The notes under the pieces are model-generated. The model saw only the letters and a list, made by a program, of their open reading frames with translations, ran no database searches and had not been told where the DNA came from. From Octopus vulgaris (taxonomy: Eukaryota), in NCBI GenBank assembly GCA_951406725.2, contig OX597830.1, forward strand, positions 49,352,001 through 49,416,000: 64,000 nt of DNA. The letters run 5' to 3'. Positions within the stretch are counted from its first letter, which is position 1. Every line of letters begins with the position of its first letter. A program made the position numbers and the translations under genes. Below, piece by piece: positions 57,379 through 64,000 of this stretch.

Positions 57379-57419
<41 letters not shown>

Positions 57420-57614
57420 TCTGCTATAGGCACTAGACCAGGAATTTCGAGGAAGGGGTAAGTCGGTTTCATTTACACCAGTACGCAACTGGTACTTGTT
57501 TTATCGACCCCGAAAGCATGAAATCCAAAGTCAATGTCCGTGGAATTTGGACTTGTAACGAAAAGAATCGGCATAATAATAATGATGATGATGATGATGA
57601 TAATAATAATAATA

Positions 57615-57663
<49 letters not shown>

Positions 57664-57681
57664 TAATAATAATAATAATGA

Positions 57682-57716
<35 letters not shown>

Positions 57717-57727
57717 TAATAATAATG

Positions 57728-57782
<55 letters not shown>

Positions 57783-57787
57783 TAAAG

Positions 57788-57845
<58 letters not shown>
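57301..57845. repeat. (AAT)n/(ATT)n tracts enclosing a minus-strand family B SINE (57420-57572)
   Basis: Directly visible. Confidence 0.9.
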
Positions 57846-57849
57846 TGAT

Positions 57850-58160
57850 TCTTTTATTAGCCACAGGGGCATCAAGATGACGGGGGACAACATGTCAGAC
57901 AAAAACGAAGAATTGAGTTGTTTAAGTTAGAATAAATGGTAGAAACGAGTTGTGTAAGTCTCATTGAGGAATTTTAAAATATTTTCTTTCTCTTTTCGTT
58001 CAGAATGCTGCTGTTAAAAGTTCAAAGTTGGCGATTTGGCAACGATGGTCTTGGATTGCATGCGGAGAGAATAAGGTGATGTGCTGCCTGAAGCTTGAAA
58101 GTCTGAATAGGCATTGAAGCAAGCTATCAGGCGCCACAAAGAAAAGTGTTCAACTACGCT
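57850..58160 (-). mobile_element. Decayed LINE 3' end (possibly I/Nimb-like)
   Basis: Minus strand VEHF...ENILKFLNET, and a tail CCCCTGTGGCTAATAAAAGAA like that at 47751. Confidence 0.4.
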
Positions 58161-58499
58161 GTTAATAGTTTTACTTGGCATTCTTCATGTCTTCGAGTTA
58201 ACAAGCGGCAATCAAAGAGAAAAGGAACGAGTGAAAAACTTGTATTCAAATACGTCTCAATACTTCATTTGAGATCGGGGAAACATCGAGTGAATGGTTC
58301 GCGTGCGAGCGGAGTTTCCAATAACTCATGCGCAGTTTGTTTGATTTTTTATTTCATCAATTCGTTCGTTCTTTCTGTGTCTGTACATGTTAAAACACAC
58401 ATATATGCACACTCGTATACACAGACCTACATGATCAGAGACGCATATGTAGTTAGTTATATGTACATATACAAACGGAGCGCAAACATACATACATAC

Positions 58500-58552
<53 letters not shown>

Positions 58553-58598
58553 GAGAGCGGGAGGGAGAGAGATATATATACATGCAAGCACAAACTAA

Positions 58599-58707
<109 letters not shown>

Positions 58708-59626
58708 ATATACATATATATGTATATATATATGTATATAAATACATATATATATATATATGTACGCATGTTATCGCAGTATACAAATTTAATCTGTACA
58801 AACATGTGTGTAGATGAAGTACCTTTTTGACTTCCGTTATTTCAATCTGTACATGTTCTTCATTTTCATATACACATATATACATATATAAGTATGTACA
58901 TACAAATATATTCACATTATATATTCACATAGACACACGCACGAACGAGCGCGTGAGCGCGCATACACGCACATATATATTATACACACATACAAGTAGT
59001 TGCATATATCGACTAAACGTTTTAAAGAAAACGAGAATGATGCGGTTGCCTCAATGCTGACCAGCTTCTCAACAGAGAAAGTTGTGCTGTTGTAGATACA
59101 AGTTACATGCTTGTCTAACACATACCATTGTACACATATGTGTCATTTGGCTATGTGTGTATAGGTGTGTGTGTGTGTGTGTGTGCTGGTGCGTGTGTAT
59201 GTATTTGTCATGAGAGACATTTTACTGTATCAGGTAGCAAAAGGAGGTTCAGGTTTGAGGATTTTGGAGTTACGGGCAGCGTGAACTTATCTCTTGTTTA
59301 CCATCACTTTCAGGTCTGTTTTGACGCAGAATGATAGCATCTATCTGAGGCCCATTTATGGGTTTAAAAAAATTATTAGAAGCAGAGGAGGCTTCCTTTA
59401 TCTTTGACAGAGCGGTTAAGCAAGTCACTCTTCTAGGACAAAGATAATCTAACATAAAAAATTTTAGTCAAAATGGTACCAGTCCGCTTGCAATGGTTGT
59501 CACTGCAACCTGCAATGTTGACGCTGAGAGTGGCGCAAGAGTTGTACAAGATTTTCCAACTTAAATCCAATGCGTATAAATGTCTCACTGTCATTTCACT
59601 TCTTCATTCATGCTGTAACTTTTAAA

Positions 59627-59674
<48 letters not shown>

Positions 59675-59693
59675 TATAATATAAATATACATG

Positions 59694-61804
59694 CATGTAT
59701 TCGCAATCGTGACGTTTGGATCATTACCCAATACACAAAGCGGTTACATGATATATTTTCTGTTTCCGATGGCAGAAAAGTGGGGGTCCATTTGACGAGC
59801 TTTTAGACCTATGAAACTTTCGTCAAAGAAAGAATACATTTCTCACATTCACAGGTAGATTAGTAGCAAGTTAGAGATATTTATCGTGTATATAAATATA
59901 TTCAAACTAGAACCAAATCAAGCTGCTGTGTCTAATTTGCATAACACTATGTGGTGCACTGTGAAGGTGGTTCAGTTTATTCAGAGGTCACAATATACTG
60001 TTTTGAGTGGATAATTTTAAGAGTAAGATATTTCCATTTGAATAAATATACAATGCTTGCCCCAGTCAGAACGAGGCTAAAGTTGTATGTTTATTTAGAA
60101 AATACAAAATATATGTTTGAATTTTGGGATATACGAACTTCGCTGTAAGTACAGTACTTTGTTCAAACAAGGGTAATATGATTAATTTATTGGGAAGAAC
60201 ATAGCCAAACACTTTGATATTTATTATATTTTCATTTGGAGATATTACGAAATTGTATGTAATTAAATATTAATAGTTATAAAGACATTAATTTAATTCC
60301 AAAGCGCAAGGTAAGTGACGTCATACATTCATTTTTTAATTTTGCTCACATATCACTATATCCCTTCAAAATCTCTCTCTCACTCACTCACTCACTCACT
60401 CACTTAATCACTCACACACTCTCTCTCTCTCTCTTATCAATCTATATATCTATAAGTCGCTCTCTCTCAAAAATTTTCTTCCTTTTTAGGGAAATTCTGC
60501 ACACACACACGTATATATATATATATACACACATATATAAGTATATGTATATAAATATGTATATATATATATATATAATGTTATACTGCATTATATTTGA
60601 GCAAGATTTAATAATGCTATTGGTTATGAAAGTATTAATAGTAAGATTGAAAGGCGGAATTTTAGCAGACAAACCAACAATTCTATTAACTGTAATCACT
60701 AATTAAGTTTTTCAGAGATACTTGATAATTGTTTTATTGATAAACATATATATAAATAACATTTTATTTCCATTCCTTTCTATTTAAAAATTCGCACAAA
60801 TTCACATATTGAGTTAATCAATGTATGAATATATCTATAGGTATGTATACATATGAACATATGAGTCCATGTATGTATGTATATGATGCATATAAATATA
60901 TATATATATACGCATGTACGTCTACAGGCCGTCACCAACTATGTAAACAATATGAAGTACCAAAACAAACGACTTAAATACACAAACAACGAGAGAAAAA
61001 TTGTAAACGGAACAAAGAACACAAAGACCAACCCTTCATCAGTTGTCGACTGTCTATCTACTCTTCATTTCAAGTATTCTACGACAATATAAGTCTTCGA
61101 AGAGAATTGTTCCCATAAATTACCCAAATAAAATTTTGGATTTATGGAGAGTCAAAATTGAGCACAAAAGCAGTGAAGTGGAGACATACAAGGAAACCGA
61201 ACGAAAACAGAGATGGAGGGTCGTAGACCAGAATGAAAGAAAAATAGTGAGCGCTGGGAGAAACATTGTTTTGAAAAGAGAAAACATAGAAGAGAGAGAT
61301 TTCACCGTTTTCCCTCTCTCTCTCCCTTCTTCCTCTTTTTTCTTTCACTCGTTGCTCACACGTGACCATCGACCATCTTCCTTTTCTTGCACGACATTGT
61401 AAGGATTGGACGTCTTCTGTCTCTCACTTCTATGTATTATCTTTCAAAGAAAATATTTCTCTCAGTGTTCACTATTTTGGTTCTTCATGTTGTTTACATC
61501 ATTGGTGACGTCCTGCAGTCGTACATGCACATACATACATGCACTCGTATGTCCATATGTCCATTAATAAACTCAATATGTGAATTTGTGCGAATATTTA
61601 AATAGAAAGGAAATGAAATAAAATTTTATTTTTATATATTTTTATCAGTAAAACAATTATCAATTATCTCTGAAAAAATTAATTAGTGATTACAGTTAAT
61701 AGAATTGTTGGTTTGTCTTCTAAAAGTCCGCCTTTCAATCTTACTATTAATACTTTCATAACCAACAGCATTATTAAATCTTGCTGATATATAATACAGT
61801 ATAA

Positions 61805-61846
<42 letters not shown>

Positions 61847-62645
61847 GTGCGTGTGAGTGTAGAATTTCCCTAAAAAGGAAGGAAATTGTTGAAAGAGAGA
61901 GATCGACATATAGATAGATAGATTGATAAGGGAGACAGAAATAGAGCGCGAGTGAGTGAGAGAGAGGTTTTGAAGTGATATAGTGATATGTGAGCAAAAT
62001 TAAAAAATGAATGTATGACGTCACTTACCTTGCGGTTTGGAATTAAATTAATTTCTTTATAACTATTAATATTTAATTACATACAATTTCGTAATATCTC
62101 CAAATGAAAATATAATAAATATCAAAGTGTTTGGCTATGTTCTTCCCAATAAATTAATCATATTACCCTTGTTTGAACAAAGTACTGTACTTACAGCGAA
62201 GTTCATATATCCCAAAATTCAAACATATATTTTGTATTTTCTAAATAAACATACAACTTTAGCCTCGTTCTGACTGGGGCAAGCGTCGTATATTTATTCA
62301 AATGGAAATATCTTACCCTTAAAATTATCCACTCAAAACAGTATGTTGTGACCTCTAAATAAACTGAACCACCTTCACAGTGCACCACATATTGTTATGC
62401 AAATTAGACATAGCAGCTTGATTGGGCTCTAGTTTGAATATATTTATATACACGGTAAATATCTCTAACTTGCTACTAATCTACCTGTGAATGTGAGAAA
62501 GGTATAATTTCTTTGACGAAGGTTTAATAGGCTCAAAAGCTCGTCAAATGGACCCCCACTTTTCTGCCCTCGAAAAAGCAGAATATATCATGTAACCCCT
62601 TTGCATATTGGGTAATGATCCAAAAGCCTCGATTGCGAATACATG
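59694..62645. repeat. Long inverted duplication: arms about 59694-61000 and 61452-62645, spacer about 450 bp
   Basis: Colinear reverse-complement matches throughout, e.g. 59777-59805 vs 62537-62565; the duplicate ORFs 59951+ and 62203- are nearly identical. Confidence 0.9.
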
Positions 62646-63414
62646 TAACCAAAATAGAATTTCTCCAAAGGATTTCTGAAGTATTGTTTCTAGACTGAGT
62701 GCATAAGTCTGAGATCATGTTTCTTGTAAACAAGAGAAGGATTATAATTCTAACGTGAAGTGTAGTTTGTTTCGAAATCGTAGCTCTTATATTATGCCAC
62801 ATTTTGAAGGTTATACCTTTATAATCTAAGAGAAGGACATAGCTACGCAATAATAAACAATGTAGATAGTGCAGTCCTTTATCTCCTAATCTGTTACTGA
62901 AATATGCCTTGTGGTAGACATAGCACACGTAATCAGTAGGTGTTCCGAAATGCCATCGGGGTTCCATTTCCGATGCCATTTGACACTTTTGGTAGAACAA
63001 TATGCAATGCCATCTCTCGGAAACGTTGCCCAGGGATAAGTATAAACAACATCTCTGCTATGGAATACATACCTGTTAGCACAAGGAATAAAGGTCGAAC
63101 AACATTCACATGAAAACATCTATTAAGTTTAAACATGCACAGCCACAGTGGCGAGAGGTCTTGCTGATGTGAACCTCTCTTCCAAAGTGGACGATAAAAA
63201 TATTTATGTAGAACTGATTCGAAACCTGCAGCTCCTTGATTCCCGTATAAAGCGATAAGTATTTGTGCTCATGGTTACGTCAATAAATGTCTAAGTGACG
63301 ATGTTTTATAAACAAAGAAAGGCCCCCAGCTAACATACTTTGCAAATAAAATCTATAAGTGAAACAGAAAAAATATGCAGACATTAGTGTTTCGGCAAAA
63401 GAGAGGAAGAGTTT

Positions 63415-63530
63415 AAGTACCTGGGCTTAAAAAAGATAGTAAGTACTGGGATCGACTCACTCGACTAAAAGTTCTATAAGGCGGTGCTCCAGCATGGTCG
63501 CAGTCTAATGAATGAAACAATTAAAAGACA
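63415..63530 (+). mobile_element. SINE family C 3' fragment
   Basis: GGCGGTGCTCCAGCATGGTCGCAGTC..ATGAATGAAACAA. Confidence 0.65.
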
Positions 63531-63720
63531 AAGATGTCACAATTATCGTTCTTGCCATTCACATTGCAGCGGCGAAGCTTTTGCTTATTTATTATAATTC
63601 TTCCTACTTTTGGGAAGAATTATAAAAAAAATGTAAAGATATACATGTAAGATATACATATGTCTATATACATTTGTAGTAGCAACTTTTGTGTGCGCGT
63701 GCATTTATGAACACACACAC

Positions 63721-63779
<59 letters not shown>

Positions 63780-64000
63780 TTCATAACATCTATTGCATTT
63801 CATGTACCATATATTGTATTCTTCGTCATAACTTAACGCGAACATATTAACATTAGTTACAAATCCACCTTTGTGATGGAAACAAAATTGATTTCGGGTA
63901 ATTATAGGAACAAAGGATTATATTAAGTGAACAGTGTAATTTCCTGCCTCCTATTACAGAAGCAGATTATAATAGGTGCCCTCCTCTTATAAAGGCAAAT

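Noticed and set aside
59951-60148. Apparent duplicated gene (with 62203-62388)
   Set aside because: A by-product of the inverted repeat; GTG start and no recognisable domain.

Overview
AT-rich, microsatellite-dense eukaryotic non-coding DNA. The repeat families and simple-repeat load suggest an octopus/cephalopod genome; this is an inference from recall, not a database match. I found no host gene, rRNA, true tRNA or CRISPR array, and most ORF-track entries are translated simple repeats. The window is a mosaic of retroelement relics: R4/Dong-type RLE LINEs embedded in (TAA)n tracts (largest 55251-57300, with RT, CCHC and RLE), a CRE-like RLE LINE end, RTE-like ends (one with three C2H2-like fingers), a Penelope-like GIY-YIG remnant, several tRNA-derived SINE families and a hAT MITE with an 8-bp TSD. 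The most interesting structure is a set of type-I hammerhead-ribozyme (HHR) motifs, two with intact cores, plus three inverted duplications (about 140 bp, a perfect 111 bp, and about 1.2-1.3 kb arms). Each duplication contains or adjoins HHR/Penelope-like sequence. Boundaries were read by eye and may be off by a few bases.
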